This document shows, one piece after another, positions 46,000 to 60,019 of a stretch of DNA of 64,000 bases. Made by a program: the position numbers and the translations under genes. Positions within the stretch are counted from its first letter, which is position 1, and each line of letters begins with the position of its first letter. This DNA is from the human T2T-CHM13v2.0 reference genome, Homo sapiens. Below the pieces are notes generated by a model. It was not told the origin of the DNA and made no database searches. It worked only from the letters and a program-made list of their open reading frames with translations. The DNA lies in assembly GCF_009914755.1 (NCBI RefSeq), contig NC_060933.1; one strand, 5' to 3'.

Positions 46000-47321
46000 G
46001 GCTTAATGCAGAACAAAAATACAGGTGGAAAATTTGGGTGGGGTGAAAAATAGGTAAAACTTCATTATTACTAATAGTGTTGTAGTAGCAAAAATAAGCT
46101 TTTAATGGTTAAATATAATCTTGACTTATTAAAATAAATGATATTGTTTGTATTATTTCATTTTTTAGACCTGGTCCTGGAACTGTATAGTTAAGTGGCT
46201 GCATTCTTCCATCAGAAATGCCTTCTCATGTGCATTCTTACCAAGTCATATTTCGACTTCTGTCTTCTATCTGAAGGCAGGTCATTACTTTAATGGAATA
46301 TTCTTCACATTCATAACATTTGTTTCTGATAATCTTCGCCCATTTCCCAAGGCTTTTTCCCAGTCACTCACTCCCTAAATACATTCCAGCCTTCTGATCT
46401 GCAAGGGCAGAAGGAGTCACTATGAACCCTTGGCTATCACAGCACCCTCTTCACACCTCAATTACTGCACTTACACCTTATTATAGTTATTTCCGAAAAA
46501 ATAGCCTATCTTCTTGCACAAAATAATTGACTGAATTTTAACAGATGCAAGGAAGAGATCCTTTAAGAAGTTAAAAAAATCACTGATATGGAGGAAAGAA
46601 CACGGATGTGGACAAAAAGTTCAGTGAGAAAAGTCCAGTGTCATGGTATTTTTAATGATTAAGTCTCTAATGGAACTCAGAGTTTTCCTCAGACACAGTA
46701 TAAAAGAGGAATATAATCACTGAGAAAATATTTTCATAGCTCTTGATTACAAAGTACATTTTTCATGTGGTATTGCTTTTACAGTGTTTCATGTGGTATT
46801 TTTTAATTATTGATAAGAGAATGTCAACAGTAGTTAGGAGACAAATATGTTGAAAAAAATAGAGTGATTACTTTTGTATAATTATTTCCTGTAGATTTTA
46901 TACTTAAAATTCAAAGCATAACATCTGTGTGTGTGTAACTTAACAAAAGAATTTTATGCAGAGATAAGCATGTAGATTCAGAACTGTTTTTAAAATATAA
47001 AGTATGCACAGTAGAGTTTTATAATTCTGTTAAACATGCCTGTCTTTTGCATTACCAAAAGACAGAAAGTGCATTTTAAATTGCCTTATATCTAGTTACA
47101 GTAACAAAGTCAGTATCAGAGACATAGAAGGTGCTAAATGAATTCCAGCATTTTCTGTTTGAAAAAATTAATAAAACATATTGCCCAACATTGGTCATTA
47201 CACAGAGTATCTATGGTTCTTTTTTATACTTTGAAGATAAAATGAAAATTGCCAGCTAGATAGCAAAACAATTCAATTTTGATTTGCACATATTAACGTA
47301 TGATCTTACACACATAGTTTT

Positions 47322-47343
47322 ACACACACACACACACACACAT
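47322..47343 (+). repeat. (AC)n microsatellite
   Basis: About 11 AC units. Confidence 0.9.
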
Positions 47344-48639
47344 AAGTTTTATTTTCACTCTTCAACAATGGGTTTAGTTGTTTAAATTATACAACATTTC
47401 TCCCATGTCTGCTTGTTGATTTAGGTCCTTTCAGAGCAGTGGTGCCTATTTTTATTCATTTGTTTCCGTGTTTCCTGGAGGAACAGTTTGTTCACAGATC
47501 ATATTTTTTTTCTTGAGCTCTTCTTTTCTCATTGTTATGTTTTCTTTGGTTAACTACACTTTATAGGTTTTCTCATTTGGATTATCCAACTTGGGATGGT
47601 GAAATTTTAACATCCCAACCCTGACTGAAAATTTTCCTTGTTCAACTGAAATGGAGTTGAGCTTTGGTGAAATGAGGTTAAATATGGGTTGGCTACAGCT
47701 TTGTCTGCTCTTGTACACTTTTCACAGATAAAAATTACACTAGGTTGTACTTTTATGCCCCAGAATTAATGACTGAATATGCAGTATGTAGTATTATAAT
47801 GGTTCCATGGCATAATTGGGATCTTAAACACCCTTTATGACATTTCCAGCCAAAAGGTTGCGTGGAATTCAAAATCTCAGTACACCTATTCAAATTCTAG
47901 GGAATATGAAAGAATAATGGAAAAAATTGAGGACTTAATGTTCTAAACTCTTTCAATAAGTTAATTATAAAATGAATTATTGAGTTAATGTGCACTTTAC
48001 TTTCATGCAGGACAATTTTCCTTTAGTATTTCCTAATGATTCAAAAAAAATTGAAAAGGGCAGATTTTAATGTTAGCATTTTTACTAATAGATTCTATTT
48101 TTCAAGCAAAGGCTTCATGTAAATGTGGATGGTAAGGCTTTTCTACCTAAAAGATTTTCTTAGATTAAAAACTAAGGTGTGAGCCGTTTTAGTTATTTAA
48201 AAAGGTCCCGTCCCTCTGCTCTACTGATCTCCATTGCATTTACAAACTTTGCATTTATAAATGGCAATATATTCATTTGTTCCATTTTCTTTTCTCATTA
48301 GGTCTTTAAATTCATTAACAAAATGATGTAGTATTTAGCGCTTTTACATGACTTTTTACAAAGCTGTGAGACCTGTTCAATATTCTTTAGTTTATTTTAC
48401 TGGCGGCTCAACTCAAATACAGTTATTTTGAAAGAATCTGGTAGCTTTAGGGTTTGAGTTACACAACTATGATTTTATTAAGGCCAAAGAGAAATTTAAA
48501 AAATAAGACCAGTTTTTAAGTAATAAAGTTAATATTTTTTCAAGATGAGAAAAGGGAAGGGTAAGAATAGACTATAAACATGGGCTAAAACTTACAAGTA
48601 GAATTATTGATCTCCATCTTAGACCTGAGTCTTTCTATT

Positions 48640-48990
48640 ATATTCATTCATTCAACCATAAAAAACTTTTTTGAGGCATACTCAAGGCAAGGGTTTCTGG
48701 GAATTAAATATCAATTTTTCCCACTCCAGACCTTCAGGAAGCTATAATCTATTAAGTGAATAATAGACATATAAATGTCTACAATATTTGATAAAGATAT
48801 AAATAAAGTGCTACAGATTTTAGAAAATGAAAAGAGTATTTCCAACTGGGGAAACAAAAAGCCCTCTAGAAAAGATGCAAATTGAGTTAGACCTGAAAAG
48901 ACTAGGAGAATTTTCATAAATGTTGGTAGAAGAAGGCATTGTAGGCAGATGGAATAGCTAGAGGTTAAATATAATTGGAGAATCATAGAT
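48640..48990 (-). mobile_element. L2 fragment
   Basis: ATTCATTCATTCAA start typical of an antisense L2 3' end, followed by degenerate L2 sequence. Confidence 0.65.
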
Positions 48991-49171
48991 TTTTTGTTTT
49001 GTTTTACTCTTTTATGTTTTTTTAAGTAAGAAATATTTTGACTAACTAAATTAAGCTTCTTGACAGATATAGAATACTGAATGCAAATCTATGAATGCAT
49101 TTTCACATTTTCAAGTGCACTTAGAATGTTTACAAAAAAGAATCATATGCTGGGGCATAAAGCAAATTTTA

Positions 49172-49496
49172 CTAGGTGGTTTAAACAACAAATATTTATT
49201 TCTCACAGTTCTGTAGGCTGGGAAGCTCAAGACCAAGGTGCCAACAGACTTGATGTCTGTTAAATCCCTATCTCTGACTCACAAAATGGCTACCTTCTTG
49301 ATGTATCCTCACATGGCCGTGACAGAGATAATCTCTCTCCTGTATCCTCTTAAAAGGGTACTAGTCCCATTCATAAGGGCTCCATTCTCATGACCTAATT
49401 ACCTCCCCAAAGTCCCACTGCTCAATCCTATAACAATGGAGATTAGGGCTTCCATATATGAATTTTGGGGGCACAAAAATCAGTCAGTGCATAGCA
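49172..49496 (-). mobile_element. MLT1A0-like MaLR LTR
   Basis: TTTATTTCTCACAGTTCTG.AGGCTGGGAAG..CAAGA.CAAGGTGCC...CATGACCTAATTACCTCCC...CATAGCA. Confidence 0.82.
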
Positions 49497-49609
49497 CCTG
49501 ACATTAAAAATTTGTCTCTTGCCTACCTCTTTAGGCTTATATTCAACCACTTTAGTGCTCCATTTCCCCCAATAATGTCTGACATAAAATAATCACATAT
49601 CACTTTTTA

Positions 49610-51590
49610 TAAATTTTTTTATTGAGATATAAGGTACCTCATAAAATTCTGCCAATGTCATTTCCAATTTAAGAATTTTAGTGAAATTTTACTACCATCA
49701 CTGCAATCCAGTTTTTCAATAATTCCATCACTCTAAAAATTATGTTGATACCATTTTAAATTAATTTATATTATTCATTTTAACTTAATTTCAGTCTTAG
49801 GCACCTTTGGTTTGCTTTTCAGTCAGCATACATATTCTGTCTTTTCTGTATATTTCTATAATTTAAATCATACAATACAAAATATTTTGAATGTAGTATG
49901 TTTTTGAGGTTCATTATTTGAGGTTCGCTATTTCATCTTTTTTATTGCTGAAGAGTATTTCATTGTACAGTATACAATATTTTGCTTATGAAATCACCAA
50001 CTGATGAATATTTTAATTGTTTCCAGATTTGGGCTGACAAAAATTATGTTGCTAAGGATATTTATTTACAAGTCTTTGTGTGGACATAGTTTTTATTTCT
50101 CTTGGGTAGAATACTAGGAGTGGAATTGCTGGGTCATAGAGCAGATTTATGTTTAACTTTAAGGCTATGGTCCCCAGTAGTTTTGGCACTAGGGACTGGT
50201 TTTGTGGAAGACAGTTTTCCATGGATGGGGCAGCGGCAGATGGCGAAATGGTTTTTGGATGAAATTGTTCCACCTCAGATCTTCAGGCATTAGATTCTCA
50301 TAAGGAGCACACAACCTAGATCCCTCACATGCACAGTTCACAATAAGGTTCCTGCTCCTATGAGAATACAGTATCACCACTAATCTGACAGGAGGTGGGG
50401 CTCAGGTGGTGATGCTATCTTGCCCATTGCTCACCTCCTGCTGTGTGGCCTGGTTCCTAACAAGCCAAGGACTAGTACAAGTCCATGGCCTGTGGGTGGG
50501 GGACACCTGCTTTAAAGAACTAATAAAATGTTTGCCAAAGTGACATGTAATTTCACATCTCTGCCAGCAATGTATGAAGGTTCCAATTTCTTCACCTCCC
50601 AGCTAGTACTTGGTATTATCTTCTTTATTATAAATCTTCTGTCAGGTATGTAGCATTATCACATTGTGGTTTAATTTACATTTTTTACTAAGGAATGATA
50701 TGAAACCTTTCCATTTACATACATCAGCTACTTGTATACCTATGGTGAAATGCCTGCTCAAGCCTTCTGTCCATTTTCTTGTTGAAGTTGTCTTATTGAG
50801 TTGTAAGTGTTCTTTAAATATTTTGAATATAAGGTATCCATCAGATATGTTATTTGCAAACACATTCTCCCTTCCTGTGGACTATTTTTACCTATGGTTT
50901 TGTCCAGAAGTTTGAAAATATAGTTCTTACATTTATGCCTTTAATGTATTTTGTGCTAATTTTTGTGTATAATCTTAGAAAGGGGTGTGAGGGTTTCTTT
51001 GTTGTTGTTGTTGTTTTTTAATTTGGCTACTCCATTGTCTCAGAACCATTTAGCAAAAGGACTATCCATTATGTATTGAATGTCTTGGCATCTGTGTCAA
51101 AAATCAATTGACCAGAAATATATAAGAGTTTATTTCTGAATTCTCATTTATTTTTCATTTACATATAAGCCTACCCTCATCCTACTATCATATTGTCTTG
51201 ATCGGTGTAGTTTTACAATAAGTTTTGAGATCAAAGTCCTCCAGCTTTGTTCTTTCTCAGAGTCATTTTTCCATATCTTTTCAACTCAGCTCAACTTCTT
51301 TCAAAAAATGCCTATGAATTTGACACGTTGTATTTTATCTATACATTATTTAGGGGAGGAAGGCCACTTTAACTCCATTGAACTTTCAATTTATGAACAT
51401 GAAGTGTCTGTTTATGTCTTTAATTTTTCTCAGTAAAGTTTTGTTGTCCTTATTTGTACAAATTGTATCATTCTTTTATTCAGTTTATTCCTAGGTATAT
51501 TTTTCTTTCTTAAGCTATTATAGTTTTTTTTAACTTTCATTGTTAGATTTTATGTTGATAAAAAATATAATTGATTTTTCATTATATTTT
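49610..51590 (-). mobile_element. Old L1M (MB/ME) 3' portion, interrupted by MER1B
   Basis: Antisense L1M 3'UTR and ORF2 (CTAGGAGTGGAATTGCTGGGTCATA, TGTCAAAAATCAATTGACC). Confidence 0.75.
50165..50509 (+). mobile_element. MER1B hAT-Charlie element
   Basis: TGTTCCACCTCAGATC..CAGGCATTAGATTCTCATAAGGAGC..CAACCTAGATCCCTC. 8-bp TSD CTTTAAGG (50157-50164) / CTTTAAAG (50510-50517). Confidence 0.92.
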
Positions 51591-52454
51591 TCTTTAGCTT
51601 ATGAAGAAAATTTAAAAGCCCTTATTACACCACTCCCCACCACAATACTTGTTTCCCACGTGCAAATAACTGCTATCAGTTTGAATTTTCATCTCTTCTG
51701 GTGCTTACCTCCATCTTGCTAAATAAATTTTAATTTTAGACATTAACCTTTTTCTCGCTAAATAAAAAGTGAGTCAGATTTCACCACCTTGTTTCTCAGT
51801 ATACTTTTTTTCTTCAAAATGCTGGTAGTTATTTTTTGTCACTCTTTTGATTATAATTGTTATTTTAAACAGTACTCTTAGTGTTTCAGTTTTCATTAGG
51901 AGCAAAACAGCAAAGCATCACAGCTTTTCCACTTCCTCACTTAAAAATAATAGGCAACAACAATGGGAATGAAAAAAAATCTCCACAATTTACACCATTA
52001 GTGATAAGGACCTAGGGATTTCTGGCAAATTCCCTTTAAGATGTAAACGAGCAGGTAGCAGGGGACATTCAAACCTAGAATTACTGCAAATAGCTGTGAT
52101 GGTGTGGTGGGCATCATGGGGGAAATTAGGAAGCTGAAGGAAGACCTAGAGAAAGCAGCACCCAGAGAACATCCCCACCCCTAGTGGAAACTGATTTAGC
52201 CAATTCTGAGAATAAACAGGGTAGCAAACAAGTGCTGTAAGTGGCTAAGTGGAGAAAGTATGATGAAGGGAAGAGAAAATGAGTTAGAGGGGAGTCATAT
52301 TAAAGAAACTGCTATCACTGTAGCAACAAAAACAGTTACTGAGCTGAAAAAGCTTCGCCCCTGCATGTCCAAGTTTCCTCCCACTGGTCCACAAAAATCC
52401 AACACTCATGTTTAAACATAAATACAAATTTTCTTAAAAATAATGAGAATATAA

Positions 52455-52873
52455 ATTTTTATTGGAGTAATATCACTTAACATGAGATCTACTCACTTAA
52501 AAATATAAATGTACAATACAGTTTTGTTAATTATAAACCCTATGTTTTACAGCAGACTTCCAGAACATATTCATCTTGCACAAATGAAACTTTAGACTCA
52601 CTGGACAGCTACTTTCCATTTCTCCCACCCTTCAGTATCTGGAAATCGCCATTCTACTGTTTCTATGAGTTTGACAATATTGGATACCTTATAGAAGTGG
52701 AATCATGAAATATTTTTCTTCTGTGACTGGCTTAGTTCATTTAGCACAATGTCCTCCAGATTCATTCATTTTGTCACATATGGTAGGATATCCTTCTTCA
52801 AATGTCCACTGATGAATGAATGGATAAAGAAAATGTGGTATCTGCATACAAGGGGATATAATTCAGCCTTTAA
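52455..52873 (-). mobile_element. L1MA9/10-like 3' fragment with a short 5' inversion (52799-52873 on +)
   Basis: CACTTAACATGAGATCTAC 3'UTR. Orientation switches at 52798/52799. Confidence 0.82.
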
Positions 52874-52899
52874 CTAATTTTTGTATCAGGGTAATAATA

Positions 52900-53760
52900 C
52901 TAGCCTCTTTCAGCACTTTGGATTTATTACTCCACTGTTTTCCAGACTCCACTGTCTTTGATGAGAAATCTGCTGTTAACTTTATTGTTTTCCCTGTATA
53001 TGATGTGTCAGTATTTTTTTTTTTTTTTTGCTATTTTCAAAATTTTATCTTTGTCATTGACATTGGACTGCTTGATAATAATGTAGCTAGTTTGAATCCT
53101 TCTGTGCTTATTCTGAGATTCTTTGAGCTTCAAGATTATATGTTCCTCAAATGTGGGAAGATTTTAGGACTCTCCCCTAATCTGTGTGTTCACATGTACT
53201 CCATATGTCATGGATTTTTTGGGTGGTTTGATTCTGCTCTGGTCTCTGCCAGACATGTATATAGTTTCTGGTCAAACTGATAGAATTGGAGAAGTTATCA
53301 GGTCCTCTATTCTTATCTAATTTCCTGGAATTCCCTTTTATAACCTACCTAGTCCAATGGACCGTTGCTTACCTTAAGCAGGCTACAAACTCAGGGTGGC
53401 AGATCTAGAGGGCCCTCCCATTGGCTTGCCACTGAAAGTACCACATTTATAGACAGTTTCCAATCAGGTGCACCTCTTCCCACAAAGACAAGGAAGATAC
53501 AGAATTTCATAGTTTTACCTACTCTGATTGAACTCTCATGTTCACAGGTCTGCAGAGGTGACGAGAGCAACCTTAGTTCAAAATGCCATAGAGGCTTACT
53601 GTTCTTACCTGAAATTCAATATTTCTCTGTATGCCTTTGTTCAATTTCCAATGCATTACAGTGGCTGTCTTTGACAGTTTTGTCATTTTCTAACATTACT
53701 TTTTGGGGAAGAGATTTTCAAAAAATCTCTTCATAACATTATATTCTAGAGGAATCTCCT
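52900..53760 (-). mobile_element. Old L1M ORF1/5' region fragments
   Basis: TTCAGCACTTTG...TCCACTGTTTTCCAG..TGATGAGAAATCTGCTGT antisense ORF1-region pattern. Confidence 0.55.
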
Positions 53761-53939
53761 GTCTTCTTTATTTTTAAAGTATGTTGAATAAATTACTGAG
53801 TAAGTGAACAAATGAATTATTATGTTACAAATACCTTGTAATGGTCTATGTAATTACAACTCAAACACATACTTGGCAAAGGCAGAGCCCTTGCATTCCA
53901 AACTATTTCTAAGTTTTATATTATATAATGTTTTAAAAA

Positions 53940-55476
53940 GTAATAAACATAGATAAATGGAACAGAGTAGAGAGCCTAGAAATAGCCCCACAAATATGCC
54001 TAGCAAGTTTTTGAGAAAAGTGCAATGGCAATTCGTTGGAAGAGGAATAACCATGTCAATAAATTTGTCACTATTTCAATAAATTGTGCAAAAGGAATTG
54101 CACATCTATGAATAAAGGAAATAAATTTTGACCTAAGCCTCAAGTCATATGCAAATATTAACTCAAACAAGATTATGAATTTACTGTAAGATGTAAAATT
54201 ATAAAACATTTAGAAAAAAATTAAGAAAATCTTTGGGACCTAAGACTAGGCAAAGAGTTCTTAGACTAGACACAAAAAGCATAATATGTCAAAGGAAAAT
54301 TTTATAAAATGGGCTTTATAGAATGTTAAAAAATTGCTTTGTGAACATCCTCTTAAGAGGATATAAAGGAAAATTATAAATGGAGAGGAAATAATTGCAA
54401 ACCACATATTCAACAAAGGGCTTGTATCTAGAATGTAAAAAACTCTACAAGCTGAACATTAAACAATAATTCCAATTACAAGATGGGCAAAGGACATGAG
54501 TAGATATTTTACAAAAGAAGAGATAAAAATGACAAATAAGTGAATGAAGATATGTCCAACATCATTAGCCATTAGAAGGATGCAAATTAAAACCACAATG
54601 AGATAGCAATATATACCTATTAAAATGGATACAATTAAAAAATAGGGATAACATCAACTGCTAAGTGAGAATGTGGTGAAACAATTCATCGTACTTTACT
54701 GTTGGTAATGTTAGGTGCTCTAATCACTAGGGAAAATTATTTGACTTAAAATCTAGCAATTGCACTCTCAGATATTTATACCAGGGAAGTGAAGACTTAT
54801 TTTCAAGCAGAAATTTGCACATAAATTTTCATAGGTCTGTATTTGTAATAGCCCTAAATTGGAAAATACTTACGTATCTTTCAGTGGTTAATGGTTAAAC
54901 AAACTGTGTGGTACATTCACACGATTTGAATATTACTCAGCAATAAATTGAAATGAACTAGTGATACATGCAACACTGTGAATGAACTTCTGAAAATTAT
55001 GTGATTAAAAATATAAATTTCAAAAGAATAGACACTGTGTGTATAATCCTATTTATAGAATATTTGTGAAATAAGCAGAGAGATGGATGCTGATTAGTAG
55101 TTGCCAGGTGCTGAGGGCAGGAGATTGAACAGCTACAAAGGGGTTGCAAGGAGAATTATGGTGATTGTGATAGCACAGTTATGTATCTTAATAGTGGTTT
55201 TAGTTACACAAGGCTGTCTGTGATAAAATTGCATAGAGCTACACATACTCAGATACTGCCCCCGTTCCAACACAAGTATACGTGTAGCTGGTGAAATCTC
55301 AATAAACCCTGGACTTGAACTAATGCCAGCCAGATTTTTGGTGTTGATATTGTACTGTAATTCTACATGATGTTAACACTGAGGGGAGACTGAGTGAATG
55401 GTTTGTGGTACCTCCCTGCACATTTATTTGTCACTTCCTGTGAATCTGTAATTATTTCAAAAAAAATTTTAAAAAT
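53940..55476 (+). mobile_element. L1MD1-like 3' portion
   Basis: ORF2 C-terminal sequence, then 3'UTR ending CCTCCCTGCACATTT...CTTCCTGTGAATCTGTAATTATTTCAAAA. Confidence 0.8.
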
Positions 55477-55991
55477 ATTTTGAAAGAGAAAAAACTCAAA
55501 GTTGAAAAATAATGAAAAATATAAATAATAAACATGGCTAACCAAAAAATTTTAAAGCATAAGAACATTGTAGAAAATTAAGCATAAATAAAAACTCAAA
55601 AAGCATGAATAATTCTTCACACATAGAACTACTGTTGATATTTTGGTATACACATTTTTCTTTCTTTTCATGCATGTAAGAAATATTGTCCTATAATAGA
55701 CTTTAAAAATATTACATTGTATTTTATCATCTCATTAAATATTCTTCTATATCATTTTAAATATTTACGTAAGAGTGAAACATATGCAAGTGCCGTAACT
55801 ACTAAAGAAATTATTTGTGGACATTTAATTAGGTTCTGATTTTTATTATGGCGAATACAGCTGCACAAAATATTCTTTCAGACTTTTCTTTAAACTTATA
55901 CTTATTCAGGACACATTTCTAGACATGCAAATGGTAAGTCATAAATTTGGCATATTTCTAGTTTTCTGATGTATATCCAAAAGTTGGTCTT

Positions 55992-56309
<318 letters not shown>

Positions 56310-57487
56310 TTATAGTCCCACTAGGAATATTTGAAATTTGTCTCACAAATTCATACATTAAAAAGCACTGAATATTATCATTAAAATATGTGTTTTAATA
56401 TAAAATATTATCTGTACATAATGATACATATATATTTATGTCATCAACAATAGGTGAAAATAATATTAATTTTTAAAAATTTGCTTTAACTTTGATTTAT
56501 GCTTATTGGCCATGTTATTATTCTTTGGCAATTTGGTCATTATAGCCTTCAACCATTTTATGTTAGAATATTTAACGTTTTCTGTAAACAACTTTGACCT
56601 AGCCAGTTTACAATAACATTCTATTTTCAGATTCTATTTCAAAGATATTCAAGTAGTTAGAAATAATATATTACATGTGCACACTATATATGCTTTTTCA
56701 AAATTCTATAAAATTGCTCCTATTGCACCTGTCTTTGGGGAGGGTTAGACAAACCAAACACTATACTACATTTTACTAGTTTTGAAAGTCCTATAGAAAA
56801 CAAATATAATTCTCTAACAACTTGAACCAAAGAGGTTGATAAAATATTGTCATTTTTTCTGTAATATTTTTCAGTTTTTAGCACGTAAAAACTGTTTTAA
56901 TACTTATTAGTAAAAATAAACATGTGTTATTTTATTGCATTTACTTTATGATCACTAGATATGATAATAACCTTATTCCTCAAGGTCTCTCTCAGACATT
57001 ACATAATAAAGACTTTAAGTTATTTCATAACGAGATGAAAAAAAATCTTTTTGGCTTTATGACCACTTTTCAGAATGTGGGATGTCTAGGAGTTACTACA
57101 AACACACATCAGGATTTTTATATCCTACCTTTCCCAACTGCAGACTTTATGTGAAAATCCTTTAACATCTCAGTACAATGACTTAACCATCTGTGAAATG
57201 TGTGTAGTAAGAATACTTGGTGATTTGAAGCTTAATTAATGTTATAAACATCCTTTGAAATCCATGGATAAAAAAGGTACTAAAATTGCAAAATCTATGA
57301 AATTATAACTAGATTATTTTTCTTTCAAATTTATGAAGCATTATTGATACAGAAGCATGATAGAAACCAAAGATCAAATTTTGAAGGCTGGTCATATTTT
57401 CCATCTGTATATAATTGGGAGCAAAAGTAAAAAGCTTCTATCTAAAAAAGAGACATGAAACAAAATGACTTCTTAAAACTTAGCCTA

Positions 57488-58285
57488 TGAGATATCATCT
57501 CACGCCAGTTAGAATGGTGATCATTAAAAAGTTTGGAAACAACAGAAGCTGGCGAGGATGCATAGAAATAGGAATGCTATTACACTGTTGGTGGGAGGGT
57601 AAATTAGTTCAACCATTGTGGAAGACACTGTGGTGATTCCTCAAGGACCTAGAATTAGAAATACCATTTGACCCAGCAATCCCATTACTGGCTATATACC
57701 CAAAGGACTATAAATCATTTTACTATAAAGATACATGCATATGTATGTTTACTGCTGCACCATTTGCAATAGCAAAGACTTGGAACCGACCCAAATGCCC
57801 ATCAGTGATAGATTGGATAAAGAAAATGTGGCACATAGACACCATGGAATACTATGCAGCCATAAAAATGAATGAGTACATGTCCTTTGTACTCATTTTG
57901 TAGTCATTATACTCACTTTGACATGGATGAAACTGGAAACCGTCATTCTCAGCAAACTAACACAGGAACAGAAAACCAAACACCACATATTCTCACTCAT
58001 AAGTGGGAGCTGAACAATGAGAACACATGGACACAGAAAGGGGAACATCACACACTGGGGCCTATTGGGTGGTAGGGGCAAAGGGGAGGGAGAGCATTAG
58101 GACAAATTCCTAATGCATGTGGGGCTTAAAACATAGATGATGGGTTGATAGGTGTAGAAACCACCACGGCACATGTATACCTATGTAATAAATCTGCACG
58201 TTCAGCACATGTATCCCAGAACTTAAAGTAAAAAATAAATAAAAATTAAAAAAATAAAGTACCACCAAATAGCTGCCCAAAAAAA
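57488..58285 (+). mobile_element. 5'-truncated L1PA8-like element with a probable short 3' transduction
   Basis: 3'UTR GGACAAAT.CCTAATGCATGTGGGGCTTAAAAC. TSD AAAACTTAGCCTA (57475-57487) / AAACCTTAGCTTA (58283-58295). TT|AAAA endonuclease site. Confidence 0.9.
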
Positions 58286-58493
58286 CCTTAGCTTATATCT
58301 ACAATTTATTTGTAACATGAAAATGTCATGTTTTCTCAACACAGTTTTGGAAATTCAGTAATGTACATCATATAGGTGTTTCATTCTTGTCCTGTGGGTT
58401 CCCTTCACAGTATTATTCAAGAAGACATCTTAAGAGTAACTCTTTCAGGCTTTCAGTTTGATTTCCTGGAATAAATGTATCAAAAGAATATCG

Positions 58494-58558
58494 TGTGTGT
58501 GTGTGTGTGTGCGGGTGCACACATGAGGGGAGGGGAGAGAGAAAGAGAAAGAGAGAGA
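58494..58558 (+). repeat. (GT)n plus GA-rich simple repeat
   Basis: GT run 58494-58511 and AG-rich run 58536-58558. Confidence 0.85.
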
Positions 58559-59249
58559 ATGGGTGTAGTCGTTTTTTGATGAATCCAAAAAATGTTTCCA
58601 AAATTTATGTGAGACATCACCATCACCATTTTCATTTTTGAACTTTTTTTCCCCATCAAAACAATACATCTTTTTTGTTGACTTCACTCCCTTTCAGCAT
58701 CTCCAAATCCCTCCAAATATCTGTTGCCTCCTAATTTGTGTGAATACTCTTTCAGATTTCTGTACATCTGAGTTGTGGATAGAAATATTTCAACACTTTA
58801 TTAGCTTGGAAACCTATTCTAAAACTAAAGCACATTCTCCAATCAGAATAGTTTGAATCCTTTTGGTAAGTTAACTTTTACTTAAACTTATTTCTATTTT
58901 TGACATTCTATGGGTTGATATAAATCCTAAATGTGTTCTATACATTAATGGTAATAATGAATAATATATACTCTTTAAACTATAAAATATTCATGTGTAA
59001 GAAATATTTTATAAGTGCACATTTTATTACTTTGTTCTCTTACAGTGTTCTGCAATGGCTTAGTCCTAGGAAAAAATCTGTAGTTGGTACCGTGGCCATG
59101 ATTTTCTATGATCAGATCACACTACCTTCCTCTTCAGCTCTTTTCAGCACACTCTCCTCAATTTTCTCAGTTCCAGGTTTGCTAGAGTGCCTCTTTCTAC
59201 CCTCACTTCTTAGTAAACCTATTTTTTAAAAAATTAAATTCCACAACTT

Positions 59250-59545
59250 CGCAATTTCCTGTGTTTGAAGACTGTCCCAAATTCCACATTTTATCTCTTT
59301 CTAAAAGCCAGTGCCTTCCAGATTATTACCTTCCCTGGTGTGTCATACTTGAAATCTAATTTAGTGCATCATACTCTTGTAATAATTTAATACATTTTCA
59401 CAACTGCATAACAAATTTGTTATTCATTTATAACTGGTGCCACATAAGACAGGAGACCAATCTATGTAATTCATCATTTCACTACTATTGTCTTGCCCAG
59501 TGCCTGACACATAGGAGCCCCTTGATAAGTATTTATTGATCTGAT
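59250..59545 (+). mobile_element. L2 3' fragment
   Basis: GCCCAGTGCCTGACACATAGGAGCCCCTTGATAAGTATTTATTGA terminus. Confidence 0.65.
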
Positions 59546-60019
59546 TGGTGATGTATATTTTCAGACACAAATACCAGAGGAAAAGTTTAGAACTACTCTA
59601 GAAGTATCCTAATGTTGTATATATATCGATAAAATATCACCTAATAATCAGTTGTCTAAACTTCTACTTGCTCATCTTTACAAGTAAGGTAAACTACTAA
59701 TAGCCCACTTCATTTTCAGACAGCACTGATTGTTAATATGTCAATTATTTTCAAATCAATTTTTAAGTGTTCATTATTCCTTTCCTAATGAGAGCTATAT
59801 TGGACTATTCACACTTGATTATGTTTTCGTTCCTTATGATCATTTGTATCCTTGGTGATATATGAATAAAATTAAGATGAATAAATGGCATAATATGAGC
59901 AATTATCAGCAAACTAATAATAAAATTAAGTTATATTCTAACTGGAATGAGTGATAAGGCCATACTATTTCTTTTAAACTCTAGCTTCCATTATTTTCCA
60001 CATCTTCTATTATATGCAA

